64,000 bases of DNA from Prevotella sp. (lineage in GTDB: Bacteria; Bacillota_I; Bacilli_A; ML615J-28; CAG-313). The stretch spans positions 344,181 through 408,180 of the forward strand of contig JAMPDF010000001.1 in assembly GCA_023665755.1 (NCBI GenBank), in the 5' to 3' direction. Under the pieces are notes generated by a model. That model made no database searches and was not told the DNA's origin. It was given only the letters and a program-made list of their open reading frames with translations. Every line of letters begins with the position of its first letter. The first letter of the stretch is position 1. Shown piece after piece: positions 46,510 to 57,404 of this stretch. Made by a program: the position numbers and the translations under genes.

Positions 46510-49257
46510 TCAATATCTAATTTTTCTGATTTGTGGAGTTTTCTTTTTTTCTTGCTCTACTTGATTATTTTTCAAACGTTCTTGTTTTAATTCTATGTTT
46601 TTCAGCAATAATTCAACTCCAAGCATTGAGGTTAATGAAATAACTACCATACTGAACGTAAGCCATAGAGCCGTGGCATTTGTGATGGTTTGTCCATCAC
46701 GTATGACTTTGCATGCTAAATCAGAATATTCAAATAGATTATAAAAACTAATGGTTCTTCCTCCAAGTCGCCATGAAACCTTGAAAATAGATAGACAAAT
46801 TAACGTAAGTGAAAGAACCCACATTCCCATACAAAGAATGGTCTTTTTCCTATCGAGTGGCATACATGCTCTACACATTACAATCAAAAGCGTGAGTGTT
46901 GCGGTAAGTGAAACTACTGTTTTAATTTCTGCTGGTGTGAATCCATAATCATTTGAAAGTAAATAAGTAAATATAATAGCAACTACAATACCAGATGCAC
47001 CTGGAAGTGCGCTCTTTAACGCATTTTTCATAAAGTTTCCTTTGATTGGAGAATTGTTGCTTTGCAAAGATAAAATGATTGATGGTAATCCAATAGCAAA
47101 CATTTCAACAATTAACAATTGCTTTGCTCCAGCAAATGGGAAGGTACCATTTGTCGTACCAGAACTTGTTAGTTTGAAGAATCCAACAGCAGTTAAAATT
47201 GCTAAAAAAGTCATGAAAAGGGTTTTTACCAAATACAACATAGCCGTTTGTTGCACATTATTGATAACTCTTCTTCCTTCTGCCACAACCTTTGGCATAT
47301 TTGCAAAATTAGAATCTACCAACACCAATTGTGCCACACTCTTGACAGAATCATTTCCTGATGCCATTGCTATACTACAGTCAGCCGCCTTTAATGCAGG
47401 AATATCATTTACACCATCGCCTGTCATAGCTACTGTCTTGCCCGCATTCTGCAATGCAGTGACTAACAATTTCTTTTGTTCTGGTTTTACGCGCCCAAAT
47501 ACAGTAAATTTAGTTGCCGCCTCAATTACTTCTTCATCTTTCATACCATCTAAACTAATACACTTTTCTGCATTTTCAATACCTACTCTTCTTGCTACTT
47601 CCGCAACAGTCACTGGATTATCACCAGAAATAACTTTTACTTCTACCCCACTTTTTTTGAAGTATTGAATTGTGTCAAATGCTTCATCACGAATTTGATC
47701 TTCAATCAAAATTAGGGCAATCAGTTTAGGCATTCGTTGAATTTTATCATTTTTAATCGGAAGTGTGGATTGAGCAAGACAAAGTACACGAAGTCCTTGA
47801 TTGGCATAGGCAGTGATTTGATCAGCATAACGTTCAAAATTACTTTTTAAGACAAACTCAGGAGCCCCCATAATGTACGTTTCTCCTTCACCAAAAGAAA
47901 CAGCACTAAATTTTCGTTCTGAAGAAAATGGGATAACTTCCGTTGGTTTCAAAACCGGTGTTGCACCAAAATAATGTACCATTGCTTGTGCTGTTGCGTT
48001 GGTTTCTTGTAGTGCCGCATTCATTGAACTCATAATATTTTCAATACTAAATTTGATTGGCTTATTGATGGTTTCATATTTGACAACGCTCATTCTTCCA
48101 TTGGTAATTGTTCCGGTCTTATCTAAACAAAGCACATTCACTCTAGCTAACATTTCAATACAATAAATATCTTGAACCAGTGTATTATTCTTAGATAGTC
48201 TAAATACACCTACAGAAAGAGCTACTGAAGTAAGCATATAAAGACCCGCTGGAATCATCCCAATTATCGCTGCGGTTATTGGGCGAATGGATTGGACATA
48301 ATTCACTTTTAATCTTTGGATCATATCTGCGGTGGCTTTCCAATTAACTTCCTTGATTTCCTTAAATGTAGCCCAATCAAAAGTCCATAAAAACATCGCA
48401 ATAGATGTCAAGACAATGAATATCGCAATAACAACCAATAGTTTTCGCAAGCTGCCTAAAATTTGTGAATTCGGTGCAGTATATTTTTTCGCTTGAGAGG
48501 TTAATTTATTGATTTCATTTAACCTACCTACATGAACTACTTTAGCATAACTTGTCCCAGAAACCATAAAACTACCTGAGTAAATCATATCTCCAACATG
48601 TTTTTTAATTGGTACAGATTCCCCTGTGAGTTGTGATTCATTGACTTCAATTTCACCCTCAAGCAAAATAGCATCAGAAATGATTTGTGACCCTGGAGTT
48701 AAAAACACGACATCATCTAAAACCACATCAGTATCAAGTTTTGATACCTTTACACCATTTCGAATAACCGTTACTTTAGGATTAGTAACCAAGCGTAGTT
48801 TATTAATCGCCAATTTTGATTTTGTTTCTTGAACAATACCAATAATCAAATTAATGGATACAATCACCAAAAACATAAAATCGGTAATAGCAAATCTTTG
48901 ATCTGTAAGTTCTGGATTATTCCACTTCATCGCAATTAGCAATAAAATAAGTACAATAATATATAAAATATTAAAAAAAGTGAATGTATTTTTCCAAATC
49001 ACTGATAAAATCATTTTTAGATTTTTTTCAAATGGAGATTGAATCTTTCCATCAATATTGACTTGAAGATGTTCAATTCGTTCTTCTACTTCTTCGTCTG
49101 TCAATCCTTGTAAATAATTACCTGATTTTTGATAAAGTGGTTGATTTCTTTCTTCTTGATATACACCATATGTAATGTTTTTTTTCTTTTTTGGTTTCTT
49201 CTGTTCTTCTACTTTATCGTTTGGAGCAGATATCATATTTTCTTGTTTTTCTTTCAT
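46510..49257 (-). CDS. Cation-translocating P-type ATPase (P2/P3-type, Ca/Mg-like).
   Basis: DKTGTIT, TGDGVNDIPAL and 10 TM segments. 915 aa. Confidence 0.85.
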   Translation of the reverse strand: MKEKQENMISAPNDKVEEQKKPKKKKNITYGVYQEERNQPLYQKSGNYLQGLTDEEVEERIEHLQVNIDGKIQSPFEKNLKMILSVIWKNTFTFFNILYIIVLILLLIAMKWNNPELTDQRFAITDFMFLVIVSINLIIGIVQETKSKLAINKLRLVTNPKVTVIRNGVKVSKLDTDVVLDDVVFLTPGSQIISDAILLEGEIEVNESQLTGESVPIKKHVGDMIYSGSFMVSGTSYAKVVHVGRLNEINKLTSQAKKYTAPNSQILGSLRKLLVVIAIFIVLTSIAMFLWTFDWATFKEIKEVNWKATADMIQRLKVNYVQSIRPITAAIIGMIPAGLYMLTSVALSVGVFRLSKNNTLVQDIYCIEMLARVNVLCLDKTGTITNGRMSVVKYETINKPIKFSIENIMSSMNAALQETNATAQAMVHYFGATPVLKPTEVIPFSSERKFSAVSFGEGETYIMGAPEFVLKSNFERYADQITAYANQGLRVLCLAQSTLPIKNDKIQRMPKLIALILIEDQIRDEAFDTIQYFKKSGVEVKVISGDNPVTVAEVARRVGIENAEKCISLDGMKDEEVIEAATKFTVFGRVKPEQKKLLVTALQNAGKTVAMTGDGVNDIPALKAADCSIAMASGNDSVKSVAQLVLVDSNFANMPKVVAEGRRVINNVQQTAMLYLVKTLFMTFLAILTAVGFFKLTSSGTTNGTFPFAGAKQLLIVEMFAIGLPSIILSLQSNNSPIKGNFMKNALKSALPGASGIVVAIIFTYLLSNDYGFTPAEIKTVVSLTATLTLLIVMCRACMPLDRKKTILCMGMWVLSLTLICLSIFKVSWRLGGRTISFYNLFEYSDLACKVIRDGQTITNATALWLTFSMVVISLTSMLGVELLLKNIELKQERLKNNQVEQEKKKTPQIRKIRY

Positions 49258-49396
49258 GGTTCTCTCCTTTCACTTCTTTTTTTATCATTATAACACTAAA
49301 TGTAATTTTTATAAAGCAACATGCTAAAAATATTTTTATCGTATTTAGAGTGTTTTTCATGTTTTCGTGATAAAATGATTGAGGAGGTATTATCTT

Positions 49397-50095
49397 ATGA
49401 ATTATCCAATTATTGGCATTAGCCCCCGTTTTTCCAAAGAAGAAAAGTCGGGTTATTCCTTTCTAAAAGTCAACCAAGATTATATCAAGCAAATCATCAA
49501 CCGAGGTGCTATTCCTCTAATTTTACTTCCCTCTAATGGTTTGGAAGCGATGCTTTCACAGTGTGATGGCTTTTTAATTATTGGAGGCGATGATATCAAT
49601 CCCACCTATTATGGTAAAACCAATGATGCAAATCTATCTAAAGGAATTGACCCGGTAACCGATGAAGTTGATCAAAAAATCATTCAATATGCAACTGCCC
49701 ATCAAATTCCAACATTTGGGATTTGCCGAGGTATTCAGGCATTTGCGGCATTTATGGGAGGAACACTTCATCAAGATTTAGCTACTGAACAAGTAAGCCA
49801 CCCCATTCCATTAGAAAAAAAGCATTATGTAACTTGTGTAAATAAGACTCCCCTTACTAATTTACTACCCGAAAAATTCCTAGTCAATACATTTCACCAC
49901 CAAGCTGTTCATCATATTCCTGAAGGTTTTATTGCGACTTATCAAAATGAAGGGACAATTGAGGCGATAGAACATACACAATGGCCTATCTTTGGAGTAC
50001 AATGGCATCCAGAACGATATTACACAGCAGAATCTGCTATTATTTTTGATTATTTTATGGAGAAAGTCAATGAGTATCGAAAAAAGCATATCTGA
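49397..50095 (+). CDS. Class I glutamine amidotransferase-like peptidase C26 / gamma-glutamyl hydrolase family protein.
   Basis: Catalytic GICRGIQ and HH..H blocks. RBS GAGGAGG 9 nt before the ATG at 49397. Confidence 0.7.
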   Translation: MNYPIIGISPRFSKEEKSGYSFLKVNQDYIKQIINRGAIPLILLPSNGLEAMLSQCDGFLIIGGDDINPTYYGKTNDANLSKGIDPVTDEVDQKIIQYATAHQIPTFGICRGIQAFAAFMGGTLHQDLATEQVSHPIPLEKKHYVTCVNKTPLTNLLPEKFLVNTFHHQAVHHIPEGFIATYQNEGTIEAIEHTQWPIFGVQWHPERYYTAESAIIFDYFMEKVNEYRKKHI

Positions 50096-50609
50096 AAAAG
50101 TGATCTTTAACGGAAAAATTGTTCAACTTGTTTTACGAGATGTCTTATTGCCTAATGGAAATGTTGCAAGACGTGAAATTGTTCACCATCAAAAAGCCGT
50201 AGCCATAGTGGCTTTTGATGGTAGCCATATTTTAATGGTTCAACAATATAGAACGGCTGTTGGAAAATATATGCTAGAAATTCCCGCTGGCTTATTAGAG
50301 GCAAATGAAGATGCTTTAGTATGTGCTCATCGTGAGTTGCAAGAAGAAACTGGTTATGATGCAAAACAAATGGAATTGCTTTGTTCTTTTTATCCTTCCT
50401 GTGGATTTACTGATGAGGAAACTTATATTTATCTTGCAACCGATTTATATGAAAGTAAGTTGCCTGAAGATGAAGATGAATTTATTGAACTTACCAAATT
50501 ACCTCTTCCTTCTATTCCTACTTTCTTATCACAAAATGATACTTTAGATGGAAAAACGGCTCTTGGTCTTTCCTTATTTGCCTTGTGGCGACAAAAAAAG
50601 AATTTATAA
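50070..50609 (+). CDS. NUDIX hydrolase (ADP-ribose pyrophosphatase-like).
   Basis: Nudix box GLLEANEDALVCAHRELQEETGY. It overlaps the upstream gene by 26 nt. Confidence 0.75.
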   Translation: MSIEKSISEKVIFNGKIVQLVLRDVLLPNGNVARREIVHHQKAVAIVAFDGSHILMVQQYRTAVGKYMLEIPAGLLEANEDALVCAHRELQEETGYDAKQMELLCSFYPSCGFTDEETYIYLATDLYESKLPEDEDEFIELTKLPLPSIPTFLSQNDTLDGKTALGLSLFALWRQKKNL

Positions 50610-50648
50610 AAAAGGTATGATTTCAAATGAAGTCATACCTTTTTATGA

Positions 50649-52709
50649 TTAGTTCTTTTTATATTCTGCTACAATCTTTTCCACCAATTGACTTGGGACA
50701 TCATCATAACGTGCAAACTTACGTGTAAATTTACCACTTCCTTGTGTCATCGCCTTTAAATCAATAGAATAATTGATAATTTCCGCCTCTGGAATATATG
50801 CGGTAATAGCCGTTCTACCCAATTCAGTTGGCTCCATTCCTATTACTGATCCCCTCCTTTGTGGAATGTCCCCCATAACATCTCCTACAAATTCATCTTT
50901 TACCGTAATAACAACCTCCATAACGGGTTCTAAAATAGTTGGTTTAATAACTTTGCATGCTTCTTTAAAGGAAAGTGCTGCGGCTATTTTAAAGGAAATT
51001 TCATTTGAATCCACTGGATGATAAGATCCATCATATAATACAGCTCTCACACCAATTACTGGAAATCCTGCTATTGGACCATGTTCTAGTGTTTCAATTA
51101 GCCCCTTTTCTACTGCAGGGAAGAAATTCTTAGGCACAGCTCCTCCCACTACTTCTGACGCAAATTCAAATTCTTTATCTGCCAATGGTTCGAATCGAAT
51201 CCATACATCACCAAACTGTCCAGCTCCACCCGATTGTTTTTTATGTCTTCCTTGGGCTGAACCTGTTTTACGAATTGTTTCACGATAGACAATTTTTTGG
51301 TCAGAAGTAGTCACATCAACCTTAAACATATTCTTCATTTTTTCTAAAATATACCCAAGATGTGTCATACCTTGACCACCAATTAATAATTGTGCCGTTT
51401 CCGGATTTCTTCTAATTTCAAATGTTGGATCTTCCAAATTTAATTTTTGCAATGCTGATGATATTTTGTCCTCATCTTGCTTTGTCTTGGCTTGGATAGC
51501 AATATAAATAACTGGTGTTGGCATTTCCATTGGTGGATACATTACCGCTTCTTTTTTTGTACATAATGTTTGTCCAGTTTGAATATCCCCTGATTTAGTC
51601 AATACACCGATATCTCCTGCATGTAAAACTTCAATAGGAATTTGCGTCTTTCCCATAATGCAAGAAATCACACCAACTTTTGTCATTTGATCGCTATTTG
51701 GAATATAAACCTCAGTCAATCCTTGAGTTGTACCTGAGCATACCTTAAAGAAATTAATTGTTCCTAAGAATGGATCCACTATCGTTTTAAATACATAAGC
51801 CGAAAATGGTTCTGTATCTATCGTATCTCGCAATATCAATTGATGTGTTTTAGGATCAAAACCCTTGGATGGCTTTAAATCTTGTGGTGAAGGTAAATAA
51901 TTGCAAATTTTTTGAAGGAGCCCCCTTAACCCCATATTTTTGCTAGCACAACCAATTAAAATTGGAAATATATCACAATTCAAAAGAGCCTTCCGTAATC
52001 CTTCAATAATCTCTTCATCTGTCAACGTTTCACCACTGAAATATTTTTCTAGCATTTCCTCACTTTCACCCGCAACGATTTCGACAAAATGATCATAGAG
52101 TTCGTCAACTTGAGACATATAGGCATCTGGAATCATTGTTTCTGTTTCCTCTTGTCCCATATAAGCCTTTTTCTCAATAATGTCAATATATCCTTGGTAA
52201 TGATTCTCTGTACCTAGTGGAATCACAAAAGGAACTACTTTAGGTCCGAATCCATCTATTACGTTTTGAATCACTTTCTCAAATTTTACATTTTCTTTAT
52301 CCATTTTATTAATGAATAAAATAGTTGGTGTATGTCTCGTTCGAAGTTCATCCCAAACTCTCTCAGTACCCACTTCAATACCCTTTTGCGCATCAATAAC
52401 TACAACAGAACCTTTTACTACCGCTAAATCTTGTGTAATTTCCCCTACAAATTCCTCTGAACCAGGTGTATCTAAAAAATTAATTTTATAGTTTTTCCAC
52501 TCTACTGGAATAATAGATGTGGATAATGAAGTTTGTCTTGTTTGTTCTTCTTGCAAATAATCTGATACAGTATTCTTTTTTTCTACTTCTCCCTTTTTAG
52601 GAATCGCCTTCGTAAGATACAACATTGACTCACAAATAGTTGTTTTTCCTGAGCCCATATGCCCCAAAACGGCCACGTTCCGGATTTTTTCAGTTGAATA
52701 GATTTTCAT
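50649..52709 (-). CDS. Elongation factor G family GTPase paralog with divergent G motifs.
   Basis: Five-domain EF-G-like length. The G1 motif is GHMGSGKT rather than AHIDAGKT. The G3 motif is DTPGSEEF rather than DTPGHVDF. RBS AAGGAGGAG before the MKIYS start. Confidence 0.7.
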   Translation of the reverse strand: MKIYSTEKIRNVAVLGHMGSGKTTICESMLYLTKAIPKKGEVEKKNTVSDYLQEEQTRQTSLSTSIIPVEWKNYKINFLDTPGSEEFVGEITQDLAVVKGSVVVIDAQKGIEVGTERVWDELRTRHTPTILFINKMDKENVKFEKVIQNVIDGFGPKVVPFVIPLGTENHYQGYIDIIEKKAYMGQEETETMIPDAYMSQVDELYDHFVEIVAGESEEMLEKYFSGETLTDEEIIEGLRKALLNCDIFPILIGCASKNMGLRGLLQKICNYLPSPQDLKPSKGFDPKTHQLILRDTIDTEPFSAYVFKTIVDPFLGTINFFKVCSGTTQGLTEVYIPNSDQMTKVGVISCIMGKTQIPIEVLHAGDIGVLTKSGDIQTGQTLCTKKEAVMYPPMEMPTPVIYIAIQAKTKQDEDKISSALQKLNLEDPTFEIRRNPETAQLLIGGQGMTHLGYILEKMKNMFKVDVTTSDQKIVYRETIRKTGSAQGRHKKQSGGAGQFGDVWIRFEPLADKEFEFASEVVGGAVPKNFFPAVEKGLIETLEHGPIAGFPVIGVRAVLYDGSYHPVDSNEISFKIAAALSFKEACKVIKPTILEPVMEVVITVKDEFVGDVMGDIPQRRGSVIGMEPTELGRTAITAYIPEAEIINYSIDLKAMTQGSGKFTRKFARYDDVPSQLVEKIVAEYKKN

Positions 52710-52886
52710 ATGTAATCTCCTCCTTATGCCATTCAATTCTCGTCTTAATAGTGCTGACATTAGTATTATATACTAGATATTCAATATTTTCAATTAAATA
52801 AATAATTTTTTTGAAAGCGCATACATTTTAATGAAAGCGCGTTCATTTTTGAGCAAAAAAAGAGAATTTTTTCAAATTCTCCTTTT

Positions 52887-53210
52887 CTATAATTTATAAT
52901 AACTTTCTACATCTAATACAAAAATAGTGGCACCATTGATTTTTACGCTTGCTGGAAAATTAGAGAATACAGTAAAGTCACCTGGTTCTCCTGATGCAAC
53001 CTTCTTTTTCCTTGTTTTCGAATATGTATTGATTATTTCTTTTACATCATCTATCTTACTTTCATCTAAGCCTACAAGTAGTGTTGTATTTCCACTCGGC
53101 AAAAGCCCTCCTGTTGTAGACAATTTTGTGAAGAAGAATTTTTCTTTTAAAAGTGCATTGGTTACCCCTTGCACATCATCATTGCTAATAATGATTAACA
53201 TCAGTTTCAT
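52887..53210 (-). CDS. darA: PII-like c-di-AMP receptor DarA/PstA family protein.
   Basis: 107 aa. TKLSTTGGLLPSGNTTLLVGLDESKIDDV...ATIFVLDVE aligns closely with B. subtilis DarA. Confidence 0.65.
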   Translation of the reverse strand: MKLMLIIISNDDVQGVTNALLKEKFFFTKLSTTGGLLPSGNTTLLVGLDESKIDDVKEIINTYSKTRKKKVASGEPGDFTVFSNFPASVKINGATIFVLDVESYYKL

Positions 53211-53351
53211 ATCATCACCTCAGTTTATTTTACCATATTTTGACTAAAAAGTAAAGAAATACGTCCCCCTATGCCACTGCATACCTGAATCGAAAGCCTT
53301 TACATTGAAGAAAAACACTTTTTTTGATATAATAAGAGAAAGAGGTGGATT

Positions 53352-54842
53352 ATGCATTCAAAAAAAATACTGATTAATCATTTATTATTCATTCTTATTT
53401 TATTCACTTATACTTGGACGTTATTTAGTTGTACAATTCAAAAAGCCAATTATTTGGAACAACCTGTTGCCATTGTATATAAAAAAAATATTCCTTATAT
53501 TATAAATACAAGATTGCAGCGTTTTAGTCTAGAAGAATATGATTATATCGTTCCTTACTTTGACGATATTTTAATTGTGAAAAAGAATAACTTATTTGGG
53601 TATATCAAGAATACTGGTGAAGTATTGATTGAACCGATTTATAACGAGGCCTATCCTTTTTCTGAAGGAAAAGCAATCGTCAAAAAAGATGGAATAACCA
53701 AAATTATTGATTCAAACAATAATACCTTATACGAACTACCTGTTGGTTATACATCTATTAGCTCTTTCTCAAATGATTTACTTGTAATTGGTGATGGTAC
53801 CAAACAGGGATATCTAAAGTATGATTCAGAAAGTCAATCATTTTATTTCTTATATTACAGTAAAGATGCTGAGAACAATGAAATCAATTACTTTCCCTAT
53901 GAATTCTGTGGGAAATTCAAAAATGGCTATGCTGTAGTAGGATATACTGATTCTTATAATCAGTTTAAATATACTCATATTGATCAAAATGGGAAACGTC
54001 TTTACGATTTAGAATGGGATTATGCTAGTGATTTTTCTGAAGGGTATGCGGTAGTTGGCGACTATGGTGCATATGATGTTTATTACTGGGTCAATAATGT
54101 TTCTACACCTAGCACAACTGAAAGTACAACCATTCAATCAATGAGTTACAAATACATTTCTCCAGAGGGAAACTATTTGGGTAGTAGCCGTATCAATATC
54201 AATGGTGAGACTGAAATTACACCTTATATCTATTCACAAGCTTATGATTTTAAAGATGGAGTGGCAATCGTTTCTAAAATGTATTGTTATCGAGATCGCC
54301 AATATAGTAGTGTCCCTGTATCTAGTGATGACTTTTATCACAATTATCGCATCATTAACCAAGAAGGCGAAGAAATATTTAGTTATTTTTTAAGTCGAAC
54401 CAATAATGTACGTCCTGGTGCTGGATTCTATTATTTAGATTTATTCCAACTCAACGATTATTATGTTCTATCCTATTATAAATCTTATATTCAAATTTTT
54501 TATAATCCTATCCATGAATTAGAACCTTATACATTTAAAGAAGCAGATTTACAGCTAGATTTAGATGAAGAATGGATTAATGATTATCTCAACGAATATA
54601 CAGCTGGAAATCAAACCCCAAATTATGTGAAAGACCATACTCGATATCCTTATAGTCAAACTGCATTTAAGCAATCTAGATACTTGAATAATATCTATGT
54701 TGCTAAAACGCAAGTATTTAGCGGATATTATGATTCATGTGGTTTGATTACACTTCAATTTGAAACCAATGCGGAAAACGATTCGCAAACGCTCATCAAA
54801 CAATATGTGATTCCACCAGTATATGACGATATTATTTTTTAG
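53352..54842 (+). CDS. Secreted or membrane-anchored WG-containing-repeat protein.
   Basis: N-terminal TM/signal. Repeated FGYI..G...IEPIY..A..FSEG.A.V modules. Confidence 0.45.
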   Translation: MHSKKILINHLLFILILFTYTWTLFSCTIQKANYLEQPVAIVYKKNIPYIINTRLQRFSLEEYDYIVPYFDDILIVKKNNLFGYIKNTGEVLIEPIYNEAYPFSEGKAIVKKDGITKIIDSNNNTLYELPVGYTSISSFSNDLLVIGDGTKQGYLKYDSESQSFYFLYYSKDAENNEINYFPYEFCGKFKNGYAVVGYTDSYNQFKYTHIDQNGKRLYDLEWDYASDFSEGYAVVGDYGAYDVYYWVNNVSTPSTTESTTIQSMSYKYISPEGNYLGSSRININGETEITPYIYSQAYDFKDGVAIVSKMYCYRDRQYSSVPVSSDDFYHNYRIINQEGEEIFSYFLSRTNNVRPGAGFYYLDLFQLNDYYVLSYYKSYIQIFYNPIHELEPYTFKEADLQLDLDEEWINDYLNEYTAGNQTPNYVKDHTRYPYSQTAFKQSRYLNNIYVAKTQVFSGYYDSCGLITLQFETNAENDSQTLIKQYVIPPVYDDIIF

Positions 54843-54851
54843 AGGTGCAAG

Positions 54852-57395
54852 ATGATTTCTATACATAATCTTAATAAATACTATTATTCAGGCGGTGAAC
54901 AATTTCATGCCTTGAAAAACATTAGTTTAGAATTACCAGAAAAAGGATTGGTTTTTATTGTTGGTAAAAGTGGATCTGGTAAATCAACTCTGCTAAATAT
55001 CATAGGAGGTATAGATACCTACGATTCTGGTGAATTGATTATTGATGGACTAAATACGAAAGATTTTTCAAGAAAGGATTTTAATGCTTATCGTAATTCT
55101 TATATTGGCTTTATTTTTCAAGAATTCAATGTCATTAAAAACCTAACCGTTTATGAAAATATTGCACTAAGTCTACAGTTACAAAACCAATCTATCAAAG
55201 AAAACCATCAATTGATATTAGATACAATTGAAAAAGTTGGTTTAAAGGGAAAAGAAAAGCGAAAAATGAACCAACTTTCTGGAGGTGAGCGCCAAAGAGT
55301 CGCTATTGCTAGAGCAATCGTAAAAGATCCTCATGTGATTATTGCGGATGAACCCACTGGGAACTTGGATAAAAAAAATCGTGATATTGTTTTAACTATT
55401 TTAAAAGATTTATCCAAAGATCATCTTGTAGTCATCGTTACACATGATAAAACATTATCAGAAGAATACGGAGATATTAAAATTACATTAAAAGATGGCG
55501 AAATCATTGAGAATTTGAAATTAAAGGAATTAGCCTCTTCTAGTTCTTCTTCTCATCAGTTATCTCAGGTAAAACCTGTTCAACCTTCCTTTAGGACTTC
55601 ATTTATTTTATCTATGAAAAGTTTAAAGCAAAATTTATTCCGCTTTATCGTGGTTGTTCTCTTTTTCACCATATCGCTCGTGTTTGCATCAACGACCATT
55701 AATTTATATTTTTCTGACTCTACCTCACAATATGTGGATTATCAATTGAATGAACACAATCAATACATCACAATTAGTGATCAAAAAACCCTTTATAATC
55801 AAACTGTACAGGCTGGTTTCTTTCAAATTGATACACTAAACTATGAAAAAATTATTACTTCTACAGACAATGGATTTCGTATCTATAAAACAATTCCTCT
55901 CGATTTTGCAATTGATCGTCACTTAACCGAAAGTTTAGATTTTATGTATCGTTCTTCTATTGATCATATTATTGTTATGGATAACCTCAATGATTTAACT
56001 AAAGATTATGAAATTATTGACGTGCTCAATACAGATCCAAATATTAAAATTGCATGCTATATTACGGACTATGTTGCTGAATGTTTAATCCAAAATCACT
56101 ATTTTGATATTCCTTATCAAAATGAACCAATAGGAGATTATTTTTCTAATAAGTCTCTTGTCTGTGATGCTTTTACTTATCCTATTTATATTGATGGTAT
56201 CATTCAAACTAGTTTTTCAGAATTCAAAAATCGAGACTTTGATGATCCAAATGTCTATGCTAGTTTTTGTGATAATCTGTCATTCTATAATACTTTATTT
56301 TTTTCAACAGGATATTATGTTGATGTTGTCGATGGTGAACAATTTATTTCTACACAAAATATCAAATATACTTATGATGATTTTATTTTAAGAGCATTTG
56401 GAAATACTAGCAAAATTGAGAATGTAAAATGCCAGGCTTATCAATCTAGTTTAGATGCTTTACTTGTGAAAGGAGATAAACCTAAAAAACCTGCCAACAA
56501 AGAAGAATTAGAACAAATTGCTATTTCAACAGGCTTTCTCGAACAATTCCTAGGTATGACTATAGATGAAGTCGTTTTTGATAGAAGCGATTTGAATCCT
56601 GCCTATGCGCTAATTGATCCAGCAACAAATACGCAAGGTGTCTTTGCCTTTTATGCTTACCGAAGAATTATGTCTAACTTTAGTTGTAGAATTGTTGGCA
56701 TCTATGAAGATGAGCAACCTACCATTTATTTTTGTGATCAAACAGAAACTAATTTATACTACAATTATTTAAAAACTTCCTATTCCAATTACGATAATAC
56801 CTCAAAAAATTATGGTGGTTTAATCACTATTCAAATGACTGATAACAAAGATACTAACTTAAAATTATATCGTGTTTTAAAAGACAATAATATTGTCATT
56901 GACAATTTATCATTCATAAAATTGCAAGTGGTAAATGATTTTATTGATAGCAATCTTCTCTTATTTTTGGGATTATTCTTCTCACTATGCCTATTTAGTA
57001 TTTTGATGATTTTTAACTTTGTCGTTGTTACAATTAAAAATAGTCAAAAGGACATTGGCATTTATATGTCACTTGGTATGAATGGATTTAAAATTGCTTG
57101 TATTTATTTATTTCAAATCCTCATTGTCAGTGTAGTTGCATTTGTTTTGTCATCAATTGGTTCAACTATTTTCCTAAAACTCTTAGACTTATCCTTAAGT
57201 GAAACCGCCTCTACACTTATACAAGAAAGATTTGCCATCAGTCTTGCTCCAATTGATTTTAGTATATTTAAAATGACTGGAAACGGATTTATGATTTCCT
57301 TGATTATTGCATTCTTAGCACCATTTGCTACTATTGCTATTCCCCTTCTCAATTTAAGTCGGAAAAAACCAATTGATGTCATCAAAGTTTCTTAG
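54852..57395 (+). CDS. Fused ABC transporter ATP-binding protein and FtsX-like permease.
   Basis: Walker A GKSGSGKSTLLN, LSGGERQRVAIARA, Walker B IIADEPT. C-terminal TM/FtsX-like region. Confidence 0.8.
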   Translation: MISIHNLNKYYYSGGEQFHALKNISLELPEKGLVFIVGKSGSGKSTLLNIIGGIDTYDSGELIIDGLNTKDFSRKDFNAYRNSYIGFIFQEFNVIKNLTVYENIALSLQLQNQSIKENHQLILDTIEKVGLKGKEKRKMNQLSGGERQRVAIARAIVKDPHVIIADEPTGNLDKKNRDIVLTILKDLSKDHLVVIVTHDKTLSEEYGDIKITLKDGEIIENLKLKELASSSSSSHQLSQVKPVQPSFRTSFILSMKSLKQNLFRFIVVVLFFTISLVFASTTINLYFSDSTSQYVDYQLNEHNQYITISDQKTLYNQTVQAGFFQIDTLNYEKIITSTDNGFRIYKTIPLDFAIDRHLTESLDFMYRSSIDHIIVMDNLNDLTKDYEIIDVLNTDPNIKIACYITDYVAECLIQNHYFDIPYQNEPIGDYFSNKSLVCDAFTYPIYIDGIIQTSFSEFKNRDFDDPNVYASFCDNLSFYNTLFFSTGYYVDVVDGEQFISTQNIKYTYDDFILRAFGNTSKIENVKCQAYQSSLDALLVKGDKPKKPANKEELEQIAISTGFLEQFLGMTIDEVVFDRSDLNPAYALIDPATNTQGVFAFYAYRRIMSNFSCRIVGIYEDEQPTIYFCDQTETNLYYNYLKTSYSNYDNTSKNYGGLITIQMTDNKDTNLKLYRVLKDNNIVIDNLSFIKLQVVNDFIDSNLLLFLGLFFSLCLFSILMIFNFVVVTIKNSQKDIGIYMSLGMNGFKIACIYLFQILIVSVVAFVLSSIGSTIFLKLLDLSLSETASTLIQERFAISLAPIDFSIFKMTGNGFMISLIIAFLAPFATIAIPLLNLSRKKPIDVIKVS

Positions 57396-57404
57396 GAGGC
57401 CACT

